A stretch of 64,000 nucleotides of DNA from Syntrophaceae bacterium UBA2280 (GCA_002347685.1 DDWS01000001.1:18641-82640), one strand, 5' to 3'. Positions 18,945-28,631 are shown, counted from the first letter of the stretch. Numbers and translations: made by a program. Notes: generated from the sequence alone by a model not told the origin.

Positions 18945-20969
18945 TCACCGGAACAAGTCCTCTTTATCTTCAAATGAATATTCCGTTCTCTCCTGCGGCA
19001 GGGCGTTTTCCCGGAAACATTCATAGATGGTCCCCTTGGCGGATGGACTGGCCATCATGCCTGTTATCGGATCCACCTTGACAAACACAATGCCTTCCGG
19101 CGTCGGAAAAGCTTCTACAGGCTTATTCTGCATGGCCTGTTCCATAAAATACAGCCAGATGGGGGCCGCCGCCCGACCACCGACTTCATGCTTGCCCAAA
19201 GAGGCCTCCTGATCAAACCCTACCCAGACACCGGCGATCAGAGAAGGCGTAAAGCCGATAAACCAGGCGTCGCGGATGTCGTTGGTGGTTCCGGTCTTAC
19301 CGGCCACCGGCCGCCCGATGCTTTTAACACGGCGGCCCGTTCCGCTTTCAACCACGTCGCGCAATAGATAGGACGTCATAAACGCGATGCGCGGATCAAT
19401 GACCTGCTCAGACTGCGGCCTGCTTTCTTCAAAGACGTTTCCGGTTCGATCGACAATTTTCCGGATGAAATACGGCGTGACTTTTTTGCCCTGATTGGCC
19501 AAAACGCCGTAAGCGCGCACCAGCTCCTGAAGCGTGACGCCGGAGGCGCCGAGCGCCAGGGAAAGATTTCTCGCCTGCGGCGAGGCAATGCCCATATTCA
19601 TCGCGTAGGACACGGCGTAATCTATACCTATTTCCTGAAGGATTTTAATGGTGACAATATTGCGGGACTGAACCAGCGCGGTTCTCATGGTGATCGGCCC
19701 CAGAAATTTTTCATCGAAATTTTTGGGTTTCCACAGACCGTCGTCCTGTGTTGGATCTTCAAAAACAAGGGGGGAATCCACAAAACGGGTGGACGGATTC
19801 ATGCCCTTGTCAAATGCCGCAGTATAAATCAGCGGTTTAAACGCGGAACCCGGCTGCCTTCTGGACTGTGTCGTCCGGTTGAACTCGCTTTTGCCGAAAT
19901 CGCGGCCGCCGACCATGGCGCGTATCGCACCGCTCTTAACATCCATCGCGTACAGCGCGCCCTGTACCAGACCCGCGTCAAGCTCGTTTCTTTCCTCCAT
20001 TTCGGAAAGCCCTCTTTCCACGGCATCGCGCGCCGCGGTCTGAGCGGCTAAATTCAACGTCGTGTATATGGTCAGTCCTTCCTTATAGAGAACATCCGCG
20101 CCGTATTTCTCCTGCACATACCGGCGGACATGCTCGACAAAATAAGCGGCAACCTTGTCCCTGGGCTTCATCGGCCTCAAAACCAAAGGCGCGGCCACGG
20201 CGGCCGCCATCTGTTCTTGCGTAATATCGCCGTCCTCCATCATCCGCGTGAGAACGTAAACCTGCCTTTCTTTCGCACGATCGAAGTAAAGGTAAGGAGA
20301 ATATGAGCTGGGGGCTTTGGGAAGTCCCGCCAGCAGTGCGGCTTCAGGCAGATTGATTTCCCGGGCGCTCTTGCCGAAGTAAGCGATCGCGGCGGATTCC
20401 ACACCGTAGGTGCCGTGCCCCAGATAAATCTGATTGAGGTACAGGTTGAGGATCTCTTCTTTGGTCAGGTACTTATCGATTCTATAGGAAAGGATCGCCT
20501 CTTTAAACTTCCTTAAGTACTTTCTTTCCGGCGAAAGATACATCATCTTGGCAACCTGCTGGGTAATCGTGCTGCCGCCCTGAACGATTCTCCCCGCCTC
20601 CATGTTTTTAAACAGCGCGCGGAAAATGCTCTTCATGTCAAATCCCTTGTGCTGATAAAAGCGGGAGTCCTCCGACGCGATAAAAGCCTGCGATAAAACC
20701 TTCGGGGTATCTTTGATGTCGATCAGCTTTCTATCTTCCAGAAAAAATTCGTCAATGAGTTCATCATTTTCATCGAGAACCTGAGACGCAATACTGGGGC
20801 GGTAGTCCTTGAGGGTGTCAATGCCCGGAAGATCCATCGTCAGCGCATAGTAGGCCACGGTGCCGCCCACGGTGACCAGCAGAATCAGGAATACCAGCCC
20901 GAATAAAAAAGCCAGCAGCTTATGCTGTTTGATTGAAGATCCTTCGTTTTTAGTGTTATTTTTCGCCAT
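18945..20969 (-). CDS. mrcA: Penicillin-binding protein 1A (bifunctional transglycosylase/transpeptidase)
   Basis: EDSRFYQHKGFD (GT51), SAFKP (SxxK), KTGTTND. Confidence 0.92.
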   Translation of the reverse strand: MAKNNTKNEGSSIKQHKLLAFLFGLVFLILLVTVGGTVAYYALTMDLPGIDTLKDYRPSIASQVLDENDELIDEFFLEDRKLIDIKDTPKVLSQAFIASEDSRFYQHKGFDMKSIFRALFKNMEAGRIVQGGSTITQQVAKMMYLSPERKYLRKFKEAILSYRIDKYLTKEEILNLYLNQIYLGHGTYGVESAAIAYFGKSAREINLPEAALLAGLPKAPSSYSPYLYFDRAKERQVYVLTRMMEDGDITQEQMAAAVAAPLVLRPMKPRDKVAAYFVEHVRRYVQEKYGADVLYKEGLTIYTTLNLAAQTAARDAVERGLSEMEERNELDAGLVQGALYAMDVKSGAIRAMVGGRDFGKSEFNRTTQSRRQPGSAFKPLIYTAAFDKGMNPSTRFVDSPLVFEDPTQDDGLWKPKNFDEKFLGPITMRTALVQSRNIVTIKILQEIGIDYAVSYAMNMGIASPQARNLSLALGASGVTLQELVRAYGVLANQGKKVTPYFIRKIVDRTGNVFEESRPQSEQVIDPRIAFMTSYLLRDVVESGTGRRVKSIGRPVAGKTGTTNDIRDAWFIGFTPSLIAGVWVGFDQEASLGKHEVGGRAAAPIWLYFMEQAMQNKPVEAFPTPEGIVFVKVDPITGMMASPSAKGTIYECFRENALPQERTEYSFEDKEDLFR

Positions 20970-20980
20970 ATCATTACCCG

Positions 20981-21778
20981 TTATTCTTCAGGTTGGTTTT
21001 CAGAAGGTTTTTTCTTTTTACCGACAAATCTCGCAATGACTATACTCACTTCGTACAAAAACATCAAGGGGATCGCCATCAGGATCTGACTTAAGGCGTC
21101 CGGTGAGGGTGTCAGGATCGCCGCAGCGATAAAAATCATCAAAATGGCGTATTTGCGCTGCTTAGACAGCATCCGGGCATTCACAATCCCGAGCTTCGCC
21201 AGAAAGAACATCAGAATCGGAAGCTGGAAGGAGATACCGAAGCCGAGAAGAAATCGGATAAACAGCGACAGATAATCGGCAAAGGAAATCATCGCCTGCA
21301 GGTGCAAGTTATTAAAGCTGACAAAAAATCCGAAGGCGGGAGGCAGGACGACAAAATACCCGAACAGGATCCCGCCGACAAAAAGGACTGTGGAGGATAT
21401 CACAAAGGGGAAGACATACTTCTTTTCCGTTGGCAGAAGTGCCGGGGATATGAATTTCCATAACTGATAGAAAATAAACGGGCTGGTTAAAATCAGCGAA
21501 GCGAAAAAAGAGATTTTCATGAATGTGAACAGCGGCTGCGTCAGACCTGTGAAAATGAGATAGTCCCGATTTTCAGGCAAAGCGTCCATTAATGGAATCG
21601 TGATAATTGTAAAAAAAAAGTCCCGGAAAAACCAGCAGCCGAGAAAACCGATTCCTACCGCGATGAGCGAACGGGTGAGACGCTTGCGCAGCTCGATCAA
21701 ATGTTCAGTCAGAGACATCTTGTTTTCTTCTTCGGTTTCCATCATGGGCGGTTGGGTGCGAAAAGAGTTTCTGGTCAA
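20981..21778 (-). CDS. tatC: Twin-arginine translocase subunit TatC
   Basis: LTEHLIELRKRL N-terminus and six TM helices. 4-nt overlap with the upstream tatA/B-family gene. Confidence 0.92.
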   Translation of the reverse strand: MTRNSFRTQPPMMETEEENKMSLTEHLIELRKRLTRSLIAVGIGFLGCWFFRDFFFTIITIPLMDALPENRDYLIFTGLTQPLFTFMKISFFASLILTSPFIFYQLWKFISPALLPTEKKYVFPFVISSTVLFVGGILFGYFVVLPPAFGFFVSFNNLHLQAMISFADYLSLFIRFLLGFGISFQLPILMFFLAKLGIVNARMLSKQRKYAILMIFIAAAILTPSPDALSQILMAIPLMFLYEVSIVIARFVGKKKKPSENQPEE

Positions 21779-22053
21779 TGGTTGTCGGAGGCGTCGTCTC
21801 TGGTATCCTTTTGAGGCTCGTCTCCGTTGTTTTTCTTAATTAAAAGCGAATCTTTCAATCCGTCATCCTTCTGTGGCACGTCGTCTTCCTTAAACGCACC
21901 TTTGATATCATCGGTGACGCCGTCCGTCGCTTTACGGAACTCGCTGAACCCTTTGCCGAGTGATTTAGCCAGATCGGGCAGCTTCTTCGGCCCGACGATG
22001 AGCAGCGCAATCACCGCGATAATAATGAGTTCCTGCATTCCAATACCAAACAT
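21775..22053 (-). CDS. tatB: Twin-arginine translocase TatA/TatB-family protein (TatB-like by position and length)
   Basis: MFGIGMQELIIIAVIALLIVGPKKLPDLAKSLGKGFSEFRKA, 92 aa with an acidic tail. Confidence 0.85.
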   Translation of the reverse strand: MFGIGMQELIIIAVIALLIVGPKKLPDLAKSLGKGFSEFRKATDGVTDDIKGAFKEDDVPQKDDGLKDSLLIKKNNGDEPQKDTRDDASDNH

Positions 22054-22121
22054 CGAATCGCTTCTCCTTTGATCTGAGCTTAACCTATATATTGATTGAC
22101 GCTTTTGTCAATGTTTTTCGC

Positions 22122-22150
22122 TTGACACCACCATCCGTTCTTTCTATACT
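22122..22150 (+). promoter_or_regulatory. Sigma70-type promoter of the enoyl-CoA hydratase gene
   Basis: TTGACA (22122-22127), 17 nt, TATACT (22145-22150). Flanked by palindromes ATTGAC-N6-GTCAAT (22095-22112) and TGAATGTATTCA (22170-22181). Confidence 0.6.
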
Positions 22151-22225
22151 CGCGACCATTAGAAATGAGTGAATGTATTCATCAAAAGCATCATAAAAAA
22201 ATATAGAATTTAAGGAGGAATAAAA

Positions 22226-23008
22226 ATGGCTTTCAGTTACGAGAAATTAACAGTGGAACAAGACGGCATGGTCGTTGTGGCCGCGATCAATCATCCACCC
22301 GCAAACTCCATGGGGCAGGGTGTTTTGAGAGACCTGGACGATCTCCTGAATAAATGCGAAAAAGACGACTCCGTGCGGGTGATCATCATTACCGGCTCCG
22401 GTTCAAAATTATTTTCCGCAGGCGCCGACATTACCGAATTTGCCAATCTCCAGGCCGGCAACGTTCCGGAATATGACGGCAACAAGATTTATTTCAAAAT
22501 CGAAAACTATCCCAAGGTCATCATCGCGGCGATGCAGGGCGGGGCATACGGCGGCGGCCTGGAACTGGCCTGCTGCTGTCATTTGAGAATCATGGCGGAG
22601 GAAGCAACCCTGGGCCTTCCCGAAGTCAAATTGGGTTTGAATCCCGGCTGGGGCGGAACCCAGCGCCTGCCTCGCTTTATCGGCAAAACCAAGGCACTGG
22701 AGCTGATGCTGACAGGCGATTTCATGCCGGCCAAAGACGCTCTGGCGCTGGGCCTTCTGAACAAAGTCGTTCCCGCCGCCGAAGTCCTGGAAGCAGCCAA
22801 AAAGCTGGGTAAGAAACTGGCAAACGGCGCGCCGGTCGCTCAGCGTGAAATCATGAAAGCAGTCCGTCTGGGTCTGGAAACCAACCTCTATGACGGCGTC
22901 ACCAAAATCGAGTTTGAAGCCAGCAAAGCATTGCAATTTACGGAAGACTTCAAAGAAGGCGCCAAGGCCTTTTTGGAGAAAAGAGCACCGAATTTCAAAG
23001 GCCGTTAA
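22226..23008 (+). CDS. Enoyl-CoA hydratase/isomerase (crotonase family)
   Basis: 260 aa with FSAGADI and GGAYGGGLELACCCH motifs. AGGAGG SD. Confidence 0.9.
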   Translation: MAFSYEKLTVEQDGMVVVAAINHPPANSMGQGVLRDLDDLLNKCEKDDSVRVIIITGSGSKLFSAGADITEFANLQAGNVPEYDGNKIYFKIENYPKVIIAAMQGGAYGGGLELACCCHLRIMAEEATLGLPEVKLGLNPGWGGTQRLPRFIGKTKALELMLTGDFMPAKDALALGLLNKVVPAAEVLEAAKKLGKKLANGAPVAQREIMKAVRLGLETNLYDGVTKIEFEASKALQFTEDFKEGAKAFLEKRAPNFKGR

Positions 23009-23043
23009 TTCCCGTCCGGACGGCTTGTATGTAACCTGCCAAA

Positions 23044-23075
23044 ATGGCGGCTCGATATTGAGCCGCCATTTTTAT
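23044..23075. terminator. Bidirectional rho-independent terminator
   Basis: AAAA-ATGGCGGCTC-GATATT-GAGCCGCCAT-TTTTATT between convergent genes. Confidence 0.8.
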
Positions 23076-23117
23076 TCTTTTGTCGCTGATGGATGAAATA
23101 GCGGGCGATTTTCTCAT

Positions 23118-23663
23118 TCACTCCATGTATGCCGCCATCGTTGCCGGCAAGGGGATGTCGCTGATGTGTCTGCCGTAATGAGCATGCATTATGATTTTCC
23201 CGGCGCTTACGGTGAACACGGCAGGAAGTTGTGTTTCCCTGCCTTCAAACTTGCCGTGCCTGAAACCCTGACGGACCGATTTGACGGCCGCAACCAGGCC
23301 TGCCGGATGAAGATATTTCAAAATGCCGCCGGACTCCACCGAATACATCCGGAAGATATTTCCCTGAGGGTCACAAACAACAAAAAAAGGCCAGTCTCTC
23401 TCCTTCGCGGCTGAGGCAACCGTTGCGGGCGCGCTTTGCAGGAAAACAAAAACCCCGGTTTCCTTTTGAGTGAACAACCCGATCTCTCGCTTGAGACGCG
23501 CCATCTCCATCTGACAAACCGGACAACCCAGATAGCGCAGAAACACCAGAATCGCCGGATTATTTCCGGCAGTTTCATAAAAGCTATGCCGTGATGACCA
23601 CGGCGTCTGGAAGAAAAAATCAGGCGCCTTATCCCCTGCTTGCATTTTTTTATGACTCAGCAT
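23118..23663 (-). CDS. AhpC/TSA-type redoxin (thioredoxin fold, CPVC)
   Basis: GDKAPDF...AILVFLRYLGCPVCQ. Confidence 0.8.
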   Translation of the reverse strand: MLSHKKMQAGDKAPDFFFQTPWSSRHSFYETAGNNPAILVFLRYLGCPVCQMEMARLKREIGLFTQKETGVFVFLQSAPATVASAAKERDWPFFVVCDPQGNIFRMYSVESGGILKYLHPAGLVAAVKSVRQGFRHGKFEGRETQLPAVFTVSAGKIIMHAHYGRHISDIPLPATMAAYME

Positions 23664-23768
23664 AGATTGCCCCTCATTTTAAAAATGTGTGATCCTTCAC
23701 AAAATAGTTTGCATACGGCGCAGAAGTCCCGGCTTCGGCGAATCGTGCAAAAAGGATATTTTGCAATG

Positions 23769-24503
23769 CTATAGCCTTTCATAGATCCGCCCAGGCACGG
23801 CCTTCAGCAGCCAGGCGATGACACGCCAGCGTCTCGTGACATAGGCGCAAGACCGCTTTCGCTTTATCGCGTGATAGATTTGCGCGGCCGCCTTGTCCGC
23901 CGGCGCAGCCCAAAATATGCCCTCTCCTTTAGCCATGTCCGTTTTGACAAAGCCGGGTTTTATATCTGTCACTGTGATCGGCAGCCCCAGTCCTGCAATC
24001 TTCTGCCTTAACCCTTCCATGTAATTGGATTCAAAAGCCTTTGATGCATTGTACGCCGGTGACTCCCTGCCCCCCCGCAGTGCGGCGATCGATGAAATGC
24101 CGACGAGATGTCCGGAACCTTTTTCAATAAAGTGGTGAATGGCGACATTGGCCAGCGCGGCAAAGCCTATGACATTCGTCTGGATGGTTTTATGCTCCAG
24201 ATCCCAGTCGAAACGATCGTTAACGTCACCTGTGCCGGCGCTGATGATGATCAGATCCACGCCCCCCATTGTCTTTATGAAATTTGCCAGGACCCCCATC
24301 GCTGCTTCGGTATCTGTCACATCGATTCCCTCGACAAAAACCTCACCTTTGATTTCGTCACGCAGCTCGTGGAGCAAATCCGTCCTTCTGGCCATGACGC
24401 CGACAACATATCCGTTTCCGGCCAGTATCCCGGCCAACTCACGACCGATTCCGGAACTTGCTCCAATCACAATGGCTTTGGGCATCATCTTCCTCATCCT
24501 CAA
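23769..24503 (-). CDS. Short-chain dehydrogenase/reductase (SDR)
   Basis: GASSGIGRELA cofactor motif and YNASKAF catalytic motif. Confidence 0.88.
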   Translation of the reverse strand: MRMRKMMPKAIVIGASSGIGRELAGILAGNGYVVGVMARRTDLLHELRDEIKGEVFVEGIDVTDTEAAMGVLANFIKTMGGVDLIIISAGTGDVNDRFDWDLEHKTIQTNVIGFAALANVAIHHFIEKGSGHLVGISSIAALRGGRESPAYNASKAFESNYMEGLRQKIAGLGLPITVTDIKPGFVKTDMAKGEGIFWAAPADKAAAQIYHAIKRKRSCAYVTRRWRVIAWLLKAVPGRIYERL

Positions 24504-25324
24504 AAATCAAAAGGTTTTTCGGCATTCGTGCTTCGCACTCCACCTTCAAATTGAGCCTGCCTGAACACTTCCTGCATCTGCTCATGAATCCGTCCGTTGG
24601 AAGCCAGAAGGCCGGGGGAATCCAAACACCATTTTGAGCCTGTCATGTCCGAAATAACGCCGCCGGCTTCCTCCACCAGCAGACAGCCCGCCGCCGTGTC
24701 CCAGGGTTTGAGTCTAAGTTCCCAAAAACCGTCAAATCGTCCGGCGGCCAGATACGCCAGATCCAGCGCCGCGGCACCGGCGCGTCTGATGGCCTGAACC
24801 TTCGTGGCCATCGCATTGAAGTAGTTGAGGTTGTTGTCCCGGCTCACCCGGATGTCATAAGGAAATCCTGTGGCCAGAAGGCTGCCCGAAAGATCACCTG
24901 TAACCGAGACTTGTAACTTCCTGCCGTTGAGGGACGCGCCACCGGAACGCACGGCGCAAAACATGTCATCCCGGGTGGGATCGTAAATGACGCCCAGGAT
25001 GACGGTTCCATCTTTTTCCAGCGCGATGGAAACACAAAAAAAGGGAAAGCCATGCGCGTAGTTCGTCGTTCCGTCCAGAGGGTCGATGATCCAGCGCGTC
25101 CGGGCATGCTCATTTTTTGCCGCCGATTCTTCGGAAACGATTCCATGATCGGGATATTGGCGACTGATCGCGTCAATGATCAGTTCCTCCGACATCCTGT
25201 CGGCTTCAGTGACCAGATCGACGGCGCCCTTGTATTGAATGTGATGATGACAGTTCAATCTTTCCATCAGCAGCACGCCCGCTTTGCGGGCAAGATTTTC
25301 GGCAAACTCTTTCAATTCCGACAT
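24500..25324 (-). CDS. Inositol monophosphatase family protein (SuhB-like)
   Basis: WIIDPLDGTTNYAHG and WDTAAG motifs. Confidence 0.9.
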   Translation of the reverse strand: MSELKEFAENLARKAGVLLMERLNCHHHIQYKGAVDLVTEADRMSEELIIDAISRQYPDHGIVSEESAAKNEHARTRWIIDPLDGTTNYAHGFPFFCVSIALEKDGTVILGVIYDPTRDDMFCAVRSGGASLNGRKLQVSVTGDLSGSLLATGFPYDIRVSRDNNLNYFNAMATKVQAIRRAGAAALDLAYLAAGRFDGFWELRLKPWDTAAGCLLVEEAGGVISDMTGSKWCLDSPGLLASNGRIHEQMQEVFRQAQFEGGVRSTNAEKPFDF

Positions 25325-25460
25325 GATTGTTCATCTCCTCCGGTAAATCGATGAACCTTTTTAATCACAACCTTGTGAAAAAAGGTAGCCCCATCTTAAA
25401 CTTGCACTGCCCTGAATTAAATGTTAAGCAACAGAAAAATGGTTAATATGTGATGGGTTA

Positions 25461-26315
25461 ATGACGGCAGAGCAAAGCATGGAAGCAGGCGGAGTCGACT
25501 TGAAGGCGGCGCGGGAAAATGCGGGTCTGACGCTGAAGGATATGTTTGAGCGCACCCGGATCAGCGTGGTCAATCTTGAGGCGATTGAAAACGGCGACTT
25601 TCATTTGCTGCCCGTTCCCATTTACACAAGAAATTTCATCAAGACCTACGCGGAGGCGCTGAACATCGACGGCGCCCTGATTCTGAAGAGCTACGAAGAC
25701 TACCTCCATTCGCTGCGGATCCGGGAAAAAGAAGCGATACAGAAAGACGCGAAGGAGAAAGAAACCATACTTTCCCGGGTGGCCCCCTATCGATCCTATC
25801 TGTGGGTCGCGGGTTTTGTCATCACGTTCGCAGCGATTGCCCTGTTCGTTTCGATTTACTACAACCCCGAACCGGATCTGCTGCAAACCGGCTCGCAAAT
25901 AGCATCAGAGGCAGGAGAAAGTCAGACACCGTCAGAAGAGGCAACCCCGTCCCAAGCCGATGACGCAACCGATGTTCAGCTTCCTGCCCCGGACGCGGCG
26001 GATGCGTCCGTTGACCCGGCAGCTTCGAAAGCAGCCAGCCCGCCGGAAATGACGGTTGATGCCGCGGCCGGCGACGATATGTCGACTCTGATCATCACCG
26101 CGGTCGAGGAAACATGGATCCGCATTGCGGCGGATCAGCAGCCCCCCTTCGAGGCGCTGCTGCAGCCGGGAGAAATCATTTCACGCAAAGCGTCAAAATT
26201 TCAAATGGACATCGGCAACGCGGGCGGCATAAAAATTTCGTTTCAAGGAAAGATGATCGAGAATCTGGGCCAGTCAGGGCAAGTCATCCGCTTGCGCCTG
26301 CCGTCAATACAATAA
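25461..26315 (+). CDS. RodZ-like cytoskeleton protein (HTH, TM, DUF4115-like C-terminus)
   Basis: LKAARENAGLTLKDMFERTRISVVNLEAIENGDFHLLPVPIYTRNFIKTYAEAL, then a TM helix, a low-complexity linker and a C-terminal beta domain. Confidence 0.8.
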   Translation: MTAEQSMEAGGVDLKAARENAGLTLKDMFERTRISVVNLEAIENGDFHLLPVPIYTRNFIKTYAEALNIDGALILKSYEDYLHSLRIREKEAIQKDAKEKETILSRVAPYRSYLWVAGFVITFAAIALFVSIYYNPEPDLLQTGSQIASEAGESQTPSEEATPSQADDATDVQLPAPDAADASVDPAASKAASPPEMTVDAAAGDDMSTLIITAVEETWIRIAADQQPPFEALLQPGEIISRKASKFQMDIGNAGGIKISFQGKMIENLGQSGQVIRLRLPSIQ

Positions 26316-26336
26316 AACAAAAAAAGAGGGTGAATT

Positions 26337-26522
26337 ATGTTTGGAAGTTTAGGAATGCCGGAATTACTGATTATCCTGGTCATCATTGTCATTATTTTCG
26401 GTGTCGGAAAACTGCCGGAAATCGGCTCCGCCATCGGCAAGGGTATTAAAAATTTCAAGAAATCCGTCAATGAAAATGAGGACACCGGCAATACACCGAC
26501 GAAAAAAGAGCAGGATAAATAG
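26337..26522 (+). CDS. tatA: Twin-arginine translocase subunit TatA/E
   Basis: MFGSLGMPELLIILVIIVIIFGVGKLPEIGSAIGKGIKNFKKS, 61 aa. Confidence 0.9.
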   Translation: MFGSLGMPELLIILVIIVIIFGVGKLPEIGSAIGKGIKNFKKSVNENEDTGNTPTKKEQDK

Positions 26523-26538
26523 ACTGACCGGAAATAAT

Positions 26539-26580
26539 AAACAAAGGCCCGACAGAATCTAATCTGCCGAGCCTTTGTTT
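26539..26580 (+). terminator. Terminator-like hairpin after tatA
   Basis: AAACAAAGGC...GCCTTTGTTT 10-bp stem. It is the last GC-normal sequence before the island. Confidence 0.5.
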
Positions 26581-26591
26581 ACAAAATTCAT

Positions 26592-26611
26592 CTAGGTAAA
26601 CGTCAAAATGG
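26592..26611. repeat. Left flanking direct repeat of the island (attL core candidate)
   Basis: CTAGGTAAACGTCAAAATGG matches 17 of 20 positions of 55792-55811. On the minus strand it retains CCA TTT TGA, a copy of the last two ssb codons plus stop. Confidence 0.7.
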
Positions 26612-26911
26612 TTATGTATACCTGAAAATTGTAAACAGACCTTTATGGCTTTAATTTTATTAATAAAAGTAGAAAAAAATTATAAGCCATAATAATATTT
26701 GTTAATTAGTAGCTTCAAAATTCGATTTTTAAGCTATTTAGTTTACATTTCTGAATACGAAGTATTGCGAGTTTTTTCCCCTTACCCAACGATGTTGTTT
26801 GTGTAAGAAGCAAATGATTTGTCCGGTTCTGTAGCACATAAACTGTCCGGTTGTTAAGTTGCCTCTATGGAGGTGACGGATGAGACGGACGGAGATACTA
26901 AGATTCGGAAG

Positions 26912-27040
26912 ATGCGATTTGAGGAGATGTATTCAGGATGGCGTGAAGGTCGGCTGAGCGGCGCTAGTTTGGGGGGTTGCCCCCGGACGTTTCGTCGTCA
27001 GAAGAATCGGGCTGGATGGGCTAAACGATAAGCGACTGAC
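26912..27040 (+). pseudogene. Remnant of an IS transposase N-terminus (HTH region), frameshifted
   Basis: MRFEEMYSGWREGRLSGASLGGCPRTFRRQ..., then in another frame GLDGLNDKRL. This resembles the N-terminal HTH of rve-type IS transposases. No catalytic domain follows. Confidence 0.45.
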
Positions 27041-27310
27041 AACAATCAGAAAACGGGCAAAGTTCGTGACCGTGGCATAGATCCGGTGGACTGTGCCAAT
27101 CGCATATTCCTTTTCCAGGGCCGTTATGAAGGAATTCGAGAATGCCCTGTCCCAGGAGGACACGGAAGGGATATTAGCATGCCGGCTGAAGGCGAGGAGC
27201 TTGTGGACATCATAGGTCTTCGCCCTGGCGGTGTGAGGAGACTCGATGCCGATGACCTCTTTGTAGAGATAGAAAGACATCCAGTCCTGCAGATCGCCGG
27301 GGTCCGGCAT
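27041..27310 (-). pseudogene. Fragment resembling the N-terminal core-binding (SAM-like) domain of a tyrosine recombinase
   Basis: Track ORF 26933..27310 contains SPHTARAKTYDVHKLLAFSRH...IGTVHRIYATVTNFARFL with no catalytic domain. Its last part is merely antisense to the transposase remnant. Confidence 0.4.
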
Positions 27311-27411
27311 GGACAGGGGAGAAGTAGGACCGGTTGGAGCAGCACTAAAGAACAGGGGCTTGTCTTTGCCGTGGAGCTTTTTAAACAGGAATCTGGCTGT
27401 CTGTTTTTATT

Positions 27412-27870
27412 TCAAGGTATCACAAGCCGTTCGTCATAGGAAAAATCTTCGGTACTGACTATGGTAATGTTTTTCATGTTGGCATGGACCGTATTAATCA
27501 CGAAGTTGAATTCGTGTGGTACGAGAGTAGATGGAACCTGAATAACCATATTGCCAGACTTAAAGAGATCAGCGCCGATAGATTGCACCTCCGGCGGAAA
27601 CGGATATTCGTCCCAGTATTCGGGCAGAGCAGAAAGACTGACAACGAACGGCTTTATGGTTGCTGGTATATCAATAGTTATGAGTTTAAGCCTGCCAGGC
27701 GTGAATTCTCGGGAAATATGGACATAGAACTCCAGTGCTGCGAGTGCCCGATTTTGAGCAGCATAAAGCGACGGTACTCCAGCGGGAATCCATCGGCTAC
27801 CATAAAGTCGGTTTCCTTCTCCGGAAAGGTCATTTGCAAATTGGACTCGTGTGATTCGATAGACGAGCAT
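27412..27870 (-). CDS. RES-domain toxin
   Basis: LVYRITR...GEGNRLYGSRW...ALAALEFYVH pattern, 152 aa. Starts 2 nt after the DUF2384 antitoxin gene. Confidence 0.8.
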   Translation of the reverse strand: MLVYRITRVQFANDLSGEGNRLYGSRWIPAGVPSLYAAQNRALAALEFYVHISREFTPGRLKLITIDIPATIKPFVVSLSALPEYWDEYPFPPEVQSIGADLFKSGNMVIQVPSTLVPHEFNFVINTVHANMKNITIVSTEDFSYDERLVIP

Positions 27871-27872
27871 AT

Positions 27873-28301
27873 TTATGAAACAAGCCCATGTTCAATGCGA
27901 CCGAGTTCATTCATAACAAGATCTATTCCGAGATTGAAGGGAATAATATCAACAGGAGCACGCCAGCCCAAGGCAACAGAAGGTGATTGGAGCCAACCAA
28001 TAGCCTTAACGTCGTCATCAAAAACCTCCAGAGCACGTTCTTTGAGCGTGGCAATGCGCATGATGCGTTCCGAAATGGTCGGGCTTAGTTTTTTACGGGT
28101 GTCGGCCTTGTACCGCTCAAGCGTTTTAGGACTGACACCGAGAATGCGCGCCATTTGAGCGGGCTTAATATCAAGACTTTTTTCAAGCGTAGCAATAGAC
28201 CTTGCCCCTATACCCCCTTGGAGGATATCAAGAAGATCATAAGGGGAATGTGTCGGCTTGTCCCCTAGATCTAGCATTTTCATTACGTTTGCGATACCCA
28301 T
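27873..28301 (-). CDS. Xre/MbcA/ParS-type antitoxin (HTH plus DUF2384)
   Basis: ARILGVSPKTLERY HTH and C-terminal AIGWLQSPSVALGWRAPVDII...NELGRIEHGLVS. Confidence 0.85.
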   Translation of the reverse strand: MGIANVMKMLDLGDKPTHSPYDLLDILQGGIGARSIATLEKSLDIKPAQMARILGVSPKTLERYKADTRKKLSPTISERIMRIATLKERALEVFDDDVKAIGWLQSPSVALGWRAPVDIIPFNLGIDLVMNELGRIEHGLVS

Positions 28302-28322
28302 GATGCGTTTTCCTTTCTCTTA

Positions 28323-28367
28323 ATAGTCATTTGACTACATGATATAGACAAATGACTATTTTGTCAA
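28323..28367 (-). promoter_or_regulatory. Promoter with palindromic operator of the Xre-RES operon
   Basis: Minus strand TTGACA (28367-28362), 17 nt, TATCAT (28344-28339). Perfect 11-bp inverted repeat ATAGTCATTTG / CAAATGACTAT (28323-28333, 28349-28359) overlaps it. Confidence 0.65.
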
Positions 28368-28631
28368 GGGACTTTACCACAACGATGTCGTTTGTTGAAG
28401 TAAAGCCGTTCACATGCTACTTTATTTCGATGGACACTTCGAATAGATAGATTTTTTTAGTCGGTTAATTCATCCTCAGCACGGGTCAATAAAGTATCTG
28501 TGTATTTTTTTCCGTTACTGCAACATACATAGACGATTACCTGCCATTTATGTGGCTACAATTAATAACGACCCGTATTGGTACTATGTCAAGACCATAT
28601 AATGGACCATATCATGATCTGTCCCGACTTA

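Noticed and set aside
26523-26900. tRNA or tmRNA gene as the island integration target
   Set aside because: No cloverleaf-compatible sequence is visible at either junction. The repeat instead overlaps the ssb 3' end. This was not verified with tRNAscan-type software.
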